DNA of 64,000 nt. It comes from Acidobacteriota bacterium. Its GTDB lineage: Bacteria; Acidobacteriota; UBA6911; RPQK01; JAJDTT01. A program made the translations under genes and the position numbers. The notes beneath the pieces were generated by a model that made no database searches, was not told the origin of the DNA, and was given only the letters and a program-made list of their open reading frames with translations. Location: positions 4,672,001 through 4,736,000 of the forward strand of contig OZ242374.1 in the NCBI GenBank assembly GCA_965209055.1, written 5' to 3'. This document shows, in pieces, positions 1 through 10,656 of this stretch (its first letter is position 1; every line of letters starts with the position of its first letter).

Positions 1-2
1 GG

Positions 3-806
3 GTGGATGTCGACATGGTGGCCCTTCGGGTCACCGTGACCGATCCCCTGAACCGTTATGTGATCGGCCTCGAACCCGAGCACTTCCGAGTCTTCGAACG
101 CAAGGTCGAGCAGTCCATCATCCACTTCTCCGTCGACAAGGCGCCCATCAGCGTCGGCATCATCCTGGACCGAAGCGGGTCCATGGGCGACAACATGATG
201 AGTGCGCGCAACTCCGTCGTCCGCTTCCTGAAGCAGGGCAACCGCCAGGACGAGTATTTCCTGATCACCTTCAACGACCGGACCTCGGTGGTCCAGGACT
301 TCACCGCGCAGAGCGAGAATGTCCAGAATCAGGTCACCATCTCGAACCCCAAAGGCCGGACCGCTCTCTACGACGCCATCTATCTGGGCTTGGAAAAGAT
401 TCGCGCGGCGCGCCACGACAAGAAAGCTCTGATCGTGATCACGGACGGGGAAGACAACAGCAGCAGATACACCTTCAGCGAGTTGAAACAATACGTCAAG
501 GAATCGGATGTCCAACTCTACGTGATCGGGGAACGGGGCCGGCTGCCCTATGGCCGGGACATCATCGCCGAGATCATCAGCCTGACCGGCGGCCGGGCTT
601 TCTTTCCCAACAACTTCAAGCAGTTGGACTACTTCGTGGATCTGATCCACACCGAGCTTCGTAATCAGTACCTGTTGGGCTACGTCCCCACGGACCGAAC
701 CTTCAACGGTAAATGGCGGAAGATCAAGGTCAAGCTGGATCCCCCCGAAGGACTGCCCAGGCTGATCGTCCGCGCCAAGAAGGGTTATTTCGCTCCCAAC
801 AAGTAA
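3..806 (+). CDS. VWA domain protein, Acidobacterial VWFA-related family (5' end probably outside window)
   Basis: MIDAS DRSGSM, GRTALYDAI, ITDGEDN, ELRNQYLLGY, C-terminal AKKGY. Confidence 0.9.
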   Translation: MDVDMVALRVTVTDPLNRYVIGLEPEHFRVFERKVEQSIIHFSVDKAPISVGIILDRSGSMGDNMMSARNSVVRFLKQGNRQDEYFLITFNDRTSVVQDFTAQSENVQNQVTISNPKGRTALYDAIYLGLEKIRAARHDKKALIVITDGEDNSSRYTFSELKQYVKESDVQLYVIGERGRLPYGRDIIAEIISLTGGRAFFPNNFKQLDYFVDLIHTELRNQYLLGYVPTDRTFNGKWRKIKVKLDPPEGLPRLIVRAKKGYFAPNK

Positions 807-832
807 CCGTTTGCGGGGTCCGGGTCACCGCC

Positions 833-1810
833 ATGTTCCTTTCCACTTCGATCAGGGCCGCTCTGGCCGGCCTTCTCTTTCTGAACCCGGCTCTGGCGGC
901 ACAATCATCGGGCGGCACGGACGCCGGACGGGACCGCCCCTTCTTCCGCACCGAAGTCGACCAGGTCGTCCTTTACGCCGCCGTTTATGACGAAGACGGC
1001 GAACTGGTTTCGGGACTGACCGCGGAGGACTTCGTCGTTTTGGAAGATGGAGCCGAAGTGGAGATCACCTACTTCGGTCAGGACGACGTTCCCTCCACCA
1101 GTGGAATCGTCATGGACAAGAGCGGCAGCATGAGGCCCAAGCAGGATCTGGCCCACCGGGCGACGAAGCTGTTTCTTGCCCTGAGCCATCCGGACAATGA
1201 ACATTTCCTGATCATGTTCGACGACGACGTGAATCTGGAAGAGGACTTCACCCGGGACCCGGAGGATATCCGGGACATGCTGGACAACACTGTCGTCGGC
1301 GGGGGAACCGCCCTCTACGACGCCATTTATCTCGGTCTCGACAAGGCGCAGAACGGGTCCGAAGCCAAGAAGGTGGTCACCGTGTTCACCGACGGCGAGG
1401 ACAAGGACAGCTACTACCGGCATGAAGAGCTTTTGGAGAAGATCGCCCGGTCCAACGAAGTCCAGCTCTACGTGGTGGCCCTGCTGGACCAGTCGTTGAG
1501 CCGGGACCGGGGCTTCTTCGGCGTGTTCAAATCCCAGTACGACAAGCTGAGGGCTACGGTCGATGCGATTTCGGGACAGAGCGGAGCCAAGGTCTACTTT
1601 CCCGAGGAGCTTTACGAGCTCAATGACGTCTTTCGACGAATCGCCAGCGAGCTCAGGAACCAATACCGGATCGCTTACATCACCCCCAATTCGTTGACCA
1701 ACGGCGGTTGGCGGACCATTGAGGTCCAACTCCGAAACCCCGGAGAAAAAAAGTTGACGATTCAGGCCAAGAAGGGTTACTACGGCGGCCCGGAGAAGGC
1801 CGGGGAATGA
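833..1810 (+). CDS. Secreted VWA domain protein (VWFA-related)
   Basis: Signal peptide after ATG 833; DKSGSM, GGTALYDAI, FTDGED, ELRNQYRIAY. Confidence 0.9.
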   Translation: MFLSTSIRAALAGLLFLNPALAAQSSGGTDAGRDRPFFRTEVDQVVLYAAVYDEDGELVSGLTAEDFVVLEDGAEVEITYFGQDDVPSTSGIVMDKSGSMRPKQDLAHRATKLFLALSHPDNEHFLIMFDDDVNLEEDFTRDPEDIRDMLDNTVVGGGTALYDAIYLGLDKAQNGSEAKKVVTVFTDGEDKDSYYRHEELLEKIARSNEVQLYVVALLDQSLSRDRGFFGVFKSQYDKLRATVDAISGQSGAKVYFPEELYELNDVFRRIASELRNQYRIAYITPNSLTNGGWRTIEVQLRNPGEKKLTIQAKKGYYGGPEKAGE

Positions 1811-1890
1811 CCAACGGGGGGTGGGCATCAGATCGGATGTCACCTGTGGTTCGCTATTATTGGAGCATGCTCAAACACCGGCTCCGGAGT

Positions 1891-1919
1891 TTGACTTGAA
1901 CCGGACCGGCACCTATTCT
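1891..1919 (+). promoter_or_regulatory. sigma70-type promoter of ilvE, probably leaderless
   Basis: TTGACT 1891-1896, 17-bp spacer, TATTCT 1914-1919, ATG 8 nt downstream, no SD. Confidence 0.6.
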
Positions 1920-1927
1920 GAATCGTT

Positions 1928-2872
1928 ATGACCGAGCCCAAGAGCAGTTTCGTCTGGTACAACGGAAAGCTGGTTCCGTGGGAAAAGGCGACTGTTCACG
2001 TCATGTCCCACGCCCTTCACTACGGCACCTCGTGGTTCGAGGGGATCCGCTGCTACGAGACTCGCCGCGGTCCCGAGATCTTCCATTTCGGGGAGCACGT
2101 TCGGCGCCTCTTCAACTCCTGCAAGATCTACCGGACCGATATTCCCTTTTCTCCGGCCGAAATCGAGGAAGCGATCCTGGAGACGATCCGGGCAAACTCC
2201 CTGCGGGCGTGCTACATCCGGCCGCTGATCTTCCGTGGCTACGGAGAATTGGGCGTCAACCCCCTCAAGAATCCTATCGACGTGGTCATCCTGGTCTGGG
2301 AATGGGGACGTTATCTGGGAGAGGAAGGCCTGGAACAGGGGGTCGACGTCTGTGTCTCCAGTTGGGCCAGGGCCGCTCCCAACACCTTTCCGACCCTGGC
2401 CAAGGTGGGCGGCAATTACATCAACAGCACCCTGATCAACATGGAGGCCACCCTGAAGGGGTACACCGAGGGCATCGCGCTGGACACGAACGGCCTGGTG
2501 AGCGAGGGCGCGGGAGAGAACATATTCGTGATTCAGGACGGGACGATATCGACGCCTCCCATGGCCAGCGCCATCCTTCCGGGAATCACCCGGGGCGCGG
2601 TGATCACGTTGGCCCGGGAACGAGGTTACCCCGTCATTGAAGAGCCGATATCGCGCGAGCGCCTCTATATCGCCGACGAGGTCTTCCTGACCGGCACGGC
2701 AGCCGAGGTCACCCCCGTCCGTTCCGTGGACGGCATCGCCGTGGGCCCGGGGAGACGGGGGCCCGTCACCAGCCGGATTCAGGAAGACTTCTTCGACTAC
2801 GTCGGGGGTGAGGTGGAGGATCGGCACGGCTGGATGACCAGCGTGTATCGGGAGGCTCACGTCGGAGCATAG
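1928..2872 (+). CDS. ilvE: Branched-chain amino acid aminotransferase
   Basis: HALHYGTSWFEGIR, AKVGGNY (PLP lysine), EGAGENIF, ILPGITR, FLTGTAAEVTPV. Confidence 0.96.
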   Translation: MTEPKSSFVWYNGKLVPWEKATVHVMSHALHYGTSWFEGIRCYETRRGPEIFHFGEHVRRLFNSCKIYRTDIPFSPAEIEEAILETIRANSLRACYIRPLIFRGYGELGVNPLKNPIDVVILVWEWGRYLGEEGLEQGVDVCVSSWARAAPNTFPTLAKVGGNYINSTLINMEATLKGYTEGIALDTNGLVSEGAGENIFVIQDGTISTPPMASAILPGITRGAVITLARERGYPVIEEPISRERLYIADEVFLTGTAAEVTPVRSVDGIAVGPGRRGPVTSRIQEDFFDYVGGEVEDRHGWMTSVYREAHVGA

Positions 2873-3000
2873 TCCGCATTTCTCACCAGGGGCGTGACGA
2901 TCGCGCAGGACTCCCGCCCCGGACCCGGCGGGGGCCGGATGATTTCCGAAACGCCTACCCCGTCCCTCCGAACCGCCGCCCTCAACCTGGGAACGCAACC

Positions 3001-5643
3001 ATGAAGACATCCGCGGAAATCCGCACCACCTTTCTGGATTTCTTCCGGGAACAGGGCCATCGCGTCGTCAAGAGCAGTTCCCTGATTCCAGGAGACGACC
3101 CGACGCTGCTCTTCACCAACGCCGGGATGAATCAGTTCAAGGAGGTCTTTCTGGGCCTGGAACAGAGGGAATACAACCGTGCCGTCACCTGCCAGAAATG
3201 CATGCGGGTGAGCGGCAAGCACAACGATCTGGACACCGTGGGCCGAACGCCCCTCCACCACACCTTCTTCGAGATGCTGGGAAACTTCTCGTTCGGAGAC
3301 TACTTCAAGCGAGAGGCCGTCCGGTTCGCCTGGGACCTGTGCACCGAGGTGTACGGCCTCGAGGCCCGCCGGCTCCACGCCACGGTCTACAAGGACGACG
3401 ACGAAGCCTACGAACTCTGGCGCAAAGACATCGGCGTTCCCCGGGAGCGGGTCTACCGCCTGGGAGAGGAGGACAACTTCTGGGCCATGGGAGACACCGG
3501 CCCCTGCGGCCCCTGTGCCGAGCTGCACTTCGACCTGGGCGTCAGTCCGCTGTGTCCACGGGACTGCAAGCTGGGATGCGAATGCGGCCGTTACGTGGAG
3601 ATCTGGAACCTTGTCTTCATGCAGCTCAACCGGGATTCCCAGGGACGAACCTCTTCCCTGCCCTCGCCTTCCATCGATACGGGCATGGGCCTGGAACGCA
3701 TCACGGCGATTCTTCAGGGCGTGACCAGCAACTACGACACCGATCTGTTCCAACCTCTCATCCAGGAGGCTGCGCGCCTCACCGCCAGCACCTACGGAAA
3801 CGACGACCGGACGGACGTGAGTCTGCGCATCCTGGCCGACCACAGCCGCGCTTGCGCTTTCCTCATCGGGGACGGGGTCATACCGGACAACGAAGGCCGC
3901 GGCTACGTGCTCAGAAAAATCCTGCGGCGCGCCACTCGCCACGGTCAGTTGCTGGGTCGGGAAGAGCCATTCCTGTTCACTCTGGCCACCCTGGCAGCCG
4001 ATCTGATGAGCGAGCCCTATCCCGATCTGGAGCCCCAACGGGAGTACCTGGCGCGGGTGGTGCGCTACGAGGAGGAGAAGTTCCGGGCCACGCTCGACCA
4101 CGGAATGGGCCTGTTCGAAGAGATCGTGGACCGGGTTCGGGGATCGGATGGCGGAACCCTTCCGGGCAAGGATCTGTTCCGGCTCTACGACACCTTTGGG
4201 TTTCCCCTGGACCTGGCGCGGGACCTGGCCCAGGAGCGCTCCCTGGAAATCGACGAGCCCGGTTTCTTCGCCGAGATGGAGAAGCAGCGGCAGCGGGCCC
4301 GCGCCAGTTGGAAAGGGGCGGGCAAGACTCTGCAGCCGGTGCACCAGGAGTTGGCCGGGAAGGGGTACGAAACGGAGTTTACGGGTTACGAGCAACTGGA
4401 AGCCGTCCCGGGCTCGGTCCTGGCGCTGGTGGAGAACCAGAAACTGGTTCCGCGGCTGGGACCTGGAGAAGAGGGCGAAGTGGTGCTGGACCGCAGTCCT
4501 TTCTATGCCGAGGCGGGAGGCCAGGTCGGAGATCGGGGGACTCTGGAGACCGACTCCGCCCGGTTCCGGATCCTCGACACCTACACTCCCGCCCAGGGAC
4601 TGCGCCTCTCCCGCGTCCGTGTCCAGCAGGGCGAGCTCAAGCCGGGAGACGCCGTTCGGTCCAGCGTGGATCTTCCCCGGCGGCGGGCCACCGCCCGAAA
4701 CCACACTTCGACACACCTCATGCACGCCGCCTTGCGCCGGATCCTGGGAGTCCACGTCAAGCAGGCCGGATCTCTCGTCGCCCCCGATCGTCTCCGGTTC
4801 GACTTCACCCATTTTCGGTCGGTGACGCCTGAGGAGCTTTCCCAGGTAGAGGATCTGGTCAACCGGGAAATCCGCCGCGACAGCGGTGTCGACACCCGTG
4901 TCCGGAGCCTGGATCAAGCTCTGGAGGAGGGCGCCACCGCACTTTTCGGAGAAAAGTACGATTCGCAGGTGCGGGTGGTCTCCATTCCCGATTTCAGCTT
5001 GGAGCTCTGCGGCGGCACCCACGTGGGAAGGACCGGAGAGATCGGCCTCTTCAAGATCACCGGCGAAGGAAGCGTCTCCGCCGGCGTGCGGAGAATCGAA
5101 GCTCTGACGGGAGAGGCGGCCATGTCCCGTTACTCCCGGATGGACGCCGTCGTATCCAGCCTCTCCCGGCGATTGAAGACTCCCATGACGGCCCTGGAAG
5201 AGGAGATCCGAAAGTCCCTGGAGGACCTCAAGCAGGTCCGGAAGCAGGTGGACGCCCTGCAGTTGAAGTTGGCCGGGCAGAAGAGCCTGGACACCCTGGA
5301 CCGGTCGCGCCGGGTCCGGGGAATTCGCGTCGTGGCCGAAGAGGTGGCGGATCTGGACCGGAGCTCATTGCGCCAATTGGCCGATCAACTCAAGAACCGG
5401 CTCCAGTCCGGGGTCGTGGTCCTGGGAACGCCCATTGATGGGAAGGTCAGCCTGATCGCCATGGTCAGCGACGATCTGACCGATCGGATCCAGGCCCACG
5501 TTCTGATTCGCAAGCTGGCCCGGCTGGTGGGGGGAGGCGGAGGCGGACGGCCCGACATGGCCGAAGCCGGAGGCAGGGACGTTTCCCGGCTGGGAGAAGC
5601 CCTGAAGCAGACCTACCGGCTGGTGGAAGAGTCGCTGAACTGA
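3001..5643 (+). CDS. alaS: Alanine--tRNA ligase
   Basis: DPTLLFTNAGMNQFK, HHTFFEMLGNFSFGDYFK, editing HTSTH...ELCGGTH, C-terminal GGGGGRP. Confidence 0.98.
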   Translation: MKTSAEIRTTFLDFFREQGHRVVKSSSLIPGDDPTLLFTNAGMNQFKEVFLGLEQREYNRAVTCQKCMRVSGKHNDLDTVGRTPLHHTFFEMLGNFSFGDYFKREAVRFAWDLCTEVYGLEARRLHATVYKDDDEAYELWRKDIGVPRERVYRLGEEDNFWAMGDTGPCGPCAELHFDLGVSPLCPRDCKLGCECGRYVEIWNLVFMQLNRDSQGRTSSLPSPSIDTGMGLERITAILQGVTSNYDTDLFQPLIQEAARLTASTYGNDDRTDVSLRILADHSRACAFLIGDGVIPDNEGRGYVLRKILRRATRHGQLLGREEPFLFTLATLAADLMSEPYPDLEPQREYLARVVRYEEEKFRATLDHGMGLFEEIVDRVRGSDGGTLPGKDLFRLYDTFGFPLDLARDLAQERSLEIDEPGFFAEMEKQRQRARASWKGAGKTLQPVHQELAGKGYETEFTGYEQLEAVPGSVLALVENQKLVPRLGPGEEGEVVLDRSPFYAEAGGQVGDRGTLETDSARFRILDTYTPAQGLRLSRVRVQQGELKPGDAVRSSVDLPRRRATARNHTSTHLMHAALRRILGVHVKQAGSLVAPDRLRFDFTHFRSVTPEELSQVEDLVNREIRRDSGVDTRVRSLDQALEEGATALFGEKYDSQVRVVSIPDFSLELCGGTHVGRTGEIGLFKITGEGSVSAGVRRIEALTGEAAMSRYSRMDAVVSSLSRRLKTPMTALEEEIRKSLEDLKQVRKQVDALQLKLAGQKSLDTLDRSRRVRGIRVVAEEVADLDRSSLRQLADQLKNRLQSGVVVLGTPIDGKVSLIAMVSDDLTDRIQAHVLIRKLARLVGGGGGGRPDMAEAGGRDVSRLGEALKQTYRLVEESLN

Positions 5644-5665
5644 GATTCGGGTTATACTGGCTCGA

Positions 5666-6373
5666 ATGGCGGCGACCAGCGCAACGCATCGAATCATCCC
5701 GATTTCGACTCGGCCATCCCGGCGGCCTGTGCATCCTATCCGGCAAATGATGGTTTTGTTGCTGGTGCTGCTGACGGCGTCGCCTTCCCTGCTGGCGAAC
5801 CGGATCCACAGCTATTGGAGAGAAGACGGCGTGCGCGTGCTCACCAACCTGGCCCCGGCCCGGCCGGAACGGCACGGCCTGCGGTCTCAACCCGGCCACG
5901 GACCCGGCCTCTATCAATCCACGGTACAGGAGATCTCTCTGCGCTACGGCGTGGACATGGAATTGGTGAACGCCGTCATCCGCGTCGAAAGCAACTTCCG
6001 CCCGGAAGCCGTCTCTCCCAAGGGATGCCTGGGACTGATGCAACTGCACCCCGATACGGCTCGCCGGTTCGGCGTCCGCGACGTGTTCGATCCGGTCCAG
6101 AACATCGAAGGAGGAGTCCGATACCTGGAATTCCTCCTCGACTATTTCCAAGGCGACCTGGAACTGGCTCTCGCCGGATACAACGCGGGAGAGAACGCGG
6201 TGATCCGATACGGGGGCGTCCCTCCGTACCCGGAAACCATCGACTACGTGAAAAAGGTCCGGCGGCTCTACGGATTTGCCTCCGCCCGCGTCCCCGGCGA
6301 CCGGATCCTTCGGGTGGTCCAACCGGGTGGACGGGTTCTGCTGACCAACCTCCCCCAATCGAATCCCTTTTAG
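5666..6373 (+). CDS. Lytic transglycosylase (SLT domain), exported; start uncertain
   Basis: VIRVESNF, GLMQL, ALAGYNAG, PPYPETIDYV. Confidence 0.92.
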   Translation: MAATSATHRIIPISTRPSRRPVHPIRQMMVLLLVLLTASPSLLANRIHSYWREDGVRVLTNLAPARPERHGLRSQPGHGPGLYQSTVQEISLRYGVDMELVNAVIRVESNFRPEAVSPKGCLGLMQLHPDTARRFGVRDVFDPVQNIEGGVRYLEFLLDYFQGDLELALAGYNAGENAVIRYGGVPPYPETIDYVKKVRRLYGFASARVPGDRILRVVQPGGRVLLTNLPQSNPF

Positions 6374-6470
6374 GGCCGGGAGCCCCACACTCGCCTTTTC
6401 GAAGTTGACAGTCGCAGTGTGTACAATTGCGGTTGGTATCAGTCCACCCCGGGGCCAAAGGAGTGTGACT

Positions 6471-8123
6471 GTGCTGATCCGATTTCGTCTGCTTCCGGCG
6501 CTGTTCCTGGTGGTGGTTGGCGGGTCCCCGATCCTGAGTCAGGACCGCACGGCCGCTGAATCGGCCTACGCCGAGGCCTTCCGGTTCGGACTCGAGCTGC
6601 TGGCCAAGCCGGAATCCAAGCGGACGATTCCCGACTACCGGAAGGCCGTCTCACTCTACCGCCGCGTCGTCGACCTGGATCCGGATCCGGAAATCGCCGC
6701 CGATTCCCTCTTCGCCGTCGCAACCCTGTACGACCGCATGGCCGATCGTGCACCGCAGGGCGAATTCCGCCGGGAAGCCGTTCGCGCCTATCGCCGCCTG
6801 GCCCGGGAATACCCGCGGTCGCGCCATCGCGGCCCCGCCCTCGACCGTGCCGAACAGTTGGAAACGCCGGTCCTCCGAAAGGCCCCGGTTTCCGGAAAGA
6901 CGCCTCTGGCCGTGGTCTCCGAGATTCGCTACCGCGCCAGCGAGAACTACACCCGCGTCGTCATCCAACTGGACCGGGAGGTGCAGTTCGAGAAACAGGT
7001 CCTCCAGTCACCCGACAGGATCTATTTCGACCTTGCGGGAACCCGCCCGGGGCCCGATCTGAATGGACGAACCATCAGCGTGGACGGCGTCTTCATCAAA
7101 CGGATCCGTGTCGCCCGAAACCGCCCGGAGGTGGTCCGCGTGGTTCTGGACTACAACAAGATCCGCAAACAAACCGTGTTCGCCCTGTTCGAACCGTTTC
7201 GCATCGTCATCGATACCCATGGCCACGGCTCCAGTCGGAAGGCCAAAACGACCCGGGAGTTCAGCACCGCCCGACCGGCTCGTCCGGCCCCTTCGGCCGT
7301 TGCGACTCGCAGAAAACCTCCGGAAACGGGGCGGGCCGCCAAACGCGGACCGCAGGAAGACCTCACCCTCACCCGGGTGTTGGGATTGAAGGTGGGACGT
7401 GTCGTCGTGGACCCCGGCCATGGCGGTCACGACCCGGGAGCCATCGGTCCCGGAGGCCTACGGGAGAAGGACCTGGTCCTGAGCATCGCCAAACGCCTGA
7501 AGCCGTTGTTGGAACAGCGCCTCGGCACCCAGGTGATCATGACCCGGGACGACGACCGTTTCATCCCCCTGGAAGAGCGTACCGCCATCGCCAACCAGCA
7601 CCAGGCCGATCTCTTCATCTCCATTCACGGAAACTCCAGCCACGGGAGACGGGCCACCGGGGCGGAAACCTTCTACCTGAACTTTGCCCGCTCCGCTTCG
7701 GCGCAGGAAGTGGCCACGCGGGAGAACGCCGCATCCCAACGCACGGTCGGAGAGCTCGAAGACCTGGTGCGCCAGATCACCAAGGGAACCCACAACGCCG
7801 AGTCGCGTAAATTGGCCGGTGTGGTGCAGGCCAACCTGTTCTCGGGAATCAAGAAGCACCGCCGGCCATTCCTGAACCGCGGTGTCAAGACGGCTCCCTT
7901 CATCGTGCTCATGGGAGCCAGCATGCCCAGCATCCTCACCGAGGTCGGATTCATCAGCAATCCGGACGAAGAGAGGTTCCTGACCACTGCCGAGAACCAT
8001 CAAAGGGTCGCCGAAGCCCTGTTCGAGGGTGTAAAACAGTACCTCCAAGACTTGGTTAACGCCGGCTCCAAGGGAGACTTGGCCGGAATTCAGGTGCGGG
8101 ACCGAAAGGGGAAAAAGAAGTGA
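6471..8123 (+). CDS. N-acetylmuramoyl-L-alanine amidase (TPR-like + AMIN + Amidase_3)
   Basis: VVVDPGHGGHDPGA, EKDLVL, FISIHGN, ILTEVGFISN; RBS AAGGAG 7 nt before GTG 6471. Confidence 0.92.
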   Translation: MLIRFRLLPALFLVVVGGSPILSQDRTAAESAYAEAFRFGLELLAKPESKRTIPDYRKAVSLYRRVVDLDPDPEIAADSLFAVATLYDRMADRAPQGEFRREAVRAYRRLAREYPRSRHRGPALDRAEQLETPVLRKAPVSGKTPLAVVSEIRYRASENYTRVVIQLDREVQFEKQVLQSPDRIYFDLAGTRPGPDLNGRTISVDGVFIKRIRVARNRPEVVRVVLDYNKIRKQTVFALFEPFRIVIDTHGHGSSRKAKTTREFSTARPARPAPSAVATRRKPPETGRAAKRGPQEDLTLTRVLGLKVGRVVVDPGHGGHDPGAIGPGGLREKDLVLSIAKRLKPLLEQRLGTQVIMTRDDDRFIPLEERTAIANQHQADLFISIHGNSSHGRRATGAETFYLNFARSASAQEVATRENAASQRTVGELEDLVRQITKGTHNAESRKLAGVVQANLFSGIKKHRRPFLNRGVKTAPFIVLMGASMPSILTEVGFISNPDEERFLTTAENHQRVAEALFEGVKQYLQDLVNAGSKGDLAGIQVRDRKGKKK

Positions 8124-8142
8124 AAGAAGAGGCGTTTGAACC

Positions 8143-9279
8143 GTGAGAGTGCCTTTGCTCTACGGGTTTGTTTTCTCCGCATTCCTGGCGCCACTCCATT
8201 CCCAGGATTCGCCCGCGGGAGTTCAGCAGTATTTGGAACGGTTGTCCGGGTACCGATTCCACCTGCTTGAGAAGTCAGCCGGCTCGGAACGGGCGGCCGG
8301 GGATTTTTCGCGGCCCGTGCTGGAAGAATACGCCGTTCAGTCCTATTCCCGGTGGCGCCTCCAGGGACCTGGCGACTCCCCCCTGGCAATGGAGGTCCAC
8401 GAGACGCTGCATCAGCAGGGCGCATTCGGCTTGTACCGGCTCGATTCGCTGCTGCGGCCCGGCGCCCGGGACCGGCTCGAGCTGCCGGTGGAGAACCGCT
8501 ACAGAGAAGGGAGTTGTATCTTCTGGCGGGGCCCCTTTCTGTTTCGACTCACCGCCGGACCGGGACCCCGGGCGCGGGATCAGCTCAAAGGCGCCGTGGC
8601 GGCTCTCGTGGAAGCGATCCCCATCGTCAATCTCCATCCCGTGACGGTGTTGCACCTGCCGCGTCAGGACCTGGTCACGGAATCGGTCGGCATCTATCTG
8701 GGGCCGGCGGCCCTGGCCAACAACGATCGCTTCCCCGACCCGCTCATGGACAAGATCGGTTTCCAGGACCGGGTCGAAGTCGCCTTCGCGGACTATGGCC
8801 CGGAGGTCGGTTCCCTGTTTCTGCTGGCCTACCCGACCCCGTCACTGGCGGCCGACTACTTCCTCGAGCTGCAGAACTCATTGCATTCGTTCTTTTCTCC
8901 CGACGGCATCTACATCAAGCGGAGCGGCTTGCTGCTGGCTGTCTTTCTGGGAACCGAATCCCGGGCACAGGCCGTATTGGGAGAGGTTCAATGGGCGCCG
9001 GCGGTGAAATGGGTCCATGACCGGACCGTTCAGGTGGAGCCAAAGGGCGAGGCCCGGAGTTTTCTGGACATGCTGTTGCGAACGGCATTGGCCACAGTCT
9101 GCTTCATCGTGGGCAGCTTGGGTTTCGGCTGTTTCCTCGGCTACATCTGGCACCGGATTGACGAACGCTTCCCGGCGTGGTCGTCCAGGAATGACGCCAT
9201 ACACCTGAATCTGTCGGGCTCCGCTCCCACGGCGGACCGCGTCGAGAGGCCATCCTGGCCGGGATTCCGAAAATCATGA
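8143..9279 (+). CDS. Exported/membrane-anchored hypothetical protein
   Basis: Signal peptide, C-terminal TM helix, ATGA overlap with next gene. Confidence 0.7.
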   Translation: MRVPLLYGFVFSAFLAPLHSQDSPAGVQQYLERLSGYRFHLLEKSAGSERAAGDFSRPVLEEYAVQSYSRWRLQGPGDSPLAMEVHETLHQQGAFGLYRLDSLLRPGARDRLELPVENRYREGSCIFWRGPFLFRLTAGPGPRARDQLKGAVAALVEAIPIVNLHPVTVLHLPRQDLVTESVGIYLGPAALANNDRFPDPLMDKIGFQDRVEVAFADYGPEVGSLFLLAYPTPSLAADYFLELQNSLHSFFSPDGIYIKRSGLLLAVFLGTESRAQAVLGEVQWAPAVKWVHDRTVQVEPKGEARSFLDMLLRTALATVCFIVGSLGFGCFLGYIWHRIDERFPAWSSRNDAIHLNLSGSAPTADRVERPSWPGFRKS

Positions 9280-10634
9280 CCGGCGGGAAGTCAATCCGGT
9301 TGGAAAGGGTCCTCGAGCTTGTCTACCGTGCGGCTCTGGCGGCGGTGGATCCGGGCCGGACGGTTCGAGACTCCTTGTTTCTGGACGATGAAGTGCTTCG
9401 CGTGGGAGACCGGAACTATCCGCTGAGCGGGTTCCGCAGGGTCTTCCTGGCCGGCGCCGGGAAGGCCGCCGTTCCCATGGCCCGCGCCGTCGAGCAGATC
9501 CTGGGAGATCGTCTGAGCGGTGGTCTGGTGGTCGTCAAGTACGGGCACGGCGGAGAACTGGACAGAACCCGGGTGATGGAGGCCGGGCATCCCGAACCGG
9601 ATGAGAACGGCGTCGCCGCCGCGTCCGGGATCCTGGAATTCCTGGACCGGAACCTGACGTCCCGGGACCTTCTCCTGGTGCTCATCTCAGGGGGCGGCTC
9701 GGCCCTGACTCCCTGTCCCGTCCCGGGAATCACGCTCTCCGACAAGCAGGCGGCCACCTCCGTCCTCTTGAACTCGGGCGCCACCATCCACGAGATCAAC
9801 GCCATTCGGAAGCACCTGAGCCGATTCAAGGGAGGCCGCCTGTTGCGGCACACCCACGGCGCCCAGGTGGTTTCCCTGCTCCTCTCCGACGTGGTCGGGG
9901 ACGACTTGAGCAGCATCGCCTCGGGACCCACCGTTCCCGATCCCACCCGCTTCGAAGACTGTCTGGGAATCCTGAGACAGTACGGGATCCGGACCGCCGT
10001 GCCCAATCCCGTGCTGCGGTACCTGCAGGAGGGCGCCGCCGGTGGAGTGAACGCTCCGCGGGAGACCCCCAAAGAGAACGACCCGGCCTTCGTGAAGGTC
10101 CAGAACAGGGTGGTGGGAAGCAACATCCTGGCTCTGAAGGCGGCGGCAGCCGAATCCCGCCGCCTGGGCTTCGCACCCCTGATCCTCTCTTCCTCCATCT
10201 ACGGCAACACGGAGGACGTGGCCAAGGTCCACGTGGGCATCGCCCGGGAAGTGCTCCAGAGCAGCCTTCCGGTCGCCCCACCCTGTTGCATCATCTCCGG
10301 AGGGGAGACCACGGTCAGAGTCACCGGATCGGGAAAGGGCGGCAGGAACCAGGAGTTCGCCCTCTGGTGCGCCCGCGAAATGGAAAGTTGGGGAGGCGAG
10401 CCGGTTCTCATCGCCTCCATCGGTTCGGACGGCAACGACGGTCCCACCGACGCCGCCGGGGCCTGGGCCAGACCGGAAACCACACGAAGGTCCCGCTCGC
10501 TGGGACTCGATCCTGAGTCCTACCTGGGCGACAACGACTCCTACCACTTTTTCGAGAAGCTGGGCGACCTCATCATCACCGGCCCCACCCGGACCAACGT
10601 GATGGACCTCCGGTTCATCCTGGTGGGAAGCTGA
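9276..10634 (+). CDS. Glycerate 2-kinase (MOFRL/TtuD family)
   Basis: GAGKAA, LISGGGSAL, IASGPT, SGGETTV, GGRNQE, DGNDG, TGPTRTNVMDL. Confidence 0.94.
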   Translation: MTGGKSIRLERVLELVYRAALAAVDPGRTVRDSLFLDDEVLRVGDRNYPLSGFRRVFLAGAGKAAVPMARAVEQILGDRLSGGLVVVKYGHGGELDRTRVMEAGHPEPDENGVAAASGILEFLDRNLTSRDLLLVLISGGGSALTPCPVPGITLSDKQAATSVLLNSGATIHEINAIRKHLSRFKGGRLLRHTHGAQVVSLLLSDVVGDDLSSIASGPTVPDPTRFEDCLGILRQYGIRTAVPNPVLRYLQEGAAGGVNAPRETPKENDPAFVKVQNRVVGSNILALKAAAAESRRLGFAPLILSSSIYGNTEDVAKVHVGIAREVLQSSLPVAPPCCIISGGETTVRVTGSGKGGRNQEFALWCAREMESWGGEPVLIASIGSDGNDGPTDAAGAWARPETTRRSRSLGLDPESYLGDNDSYHFFEKLGDLIITGPTRTNVMDLRFILVGS

Positions 10635-10656
10635 CCCGCGGTTCAGAAACCGCGGG
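10635..10656. terminator. Hairpin at junction of convergent genes, possible bidirectional terminator
   Basis: CCCGCGGTT-caga-AACCGCGGG, perfect 9-bp stem; no U tract. Confidence 0.4.

Noticed and set aside
2873-3000. T-box before alaS; FMN or glycine riboswitches before rib/gcv genes
   Set aside because: Consensus motifs absent; the rib and gcv genes directly follow upstream ORFs.
2857-5022. Long antisense or alternate-frame ORFs (e.g. 2857-5022, 30745-32757, 45348-46940)
   Set aside because: Shadows of well-supported genes, expected in high-GC DNA; no recognisable motifs.
6405-6427. TTGACA...TACAAT as a canonical promoter for the amidase
   Set aside because: The spacer is only 11 bp; the -10 alone may be real but the pair is not canonical.
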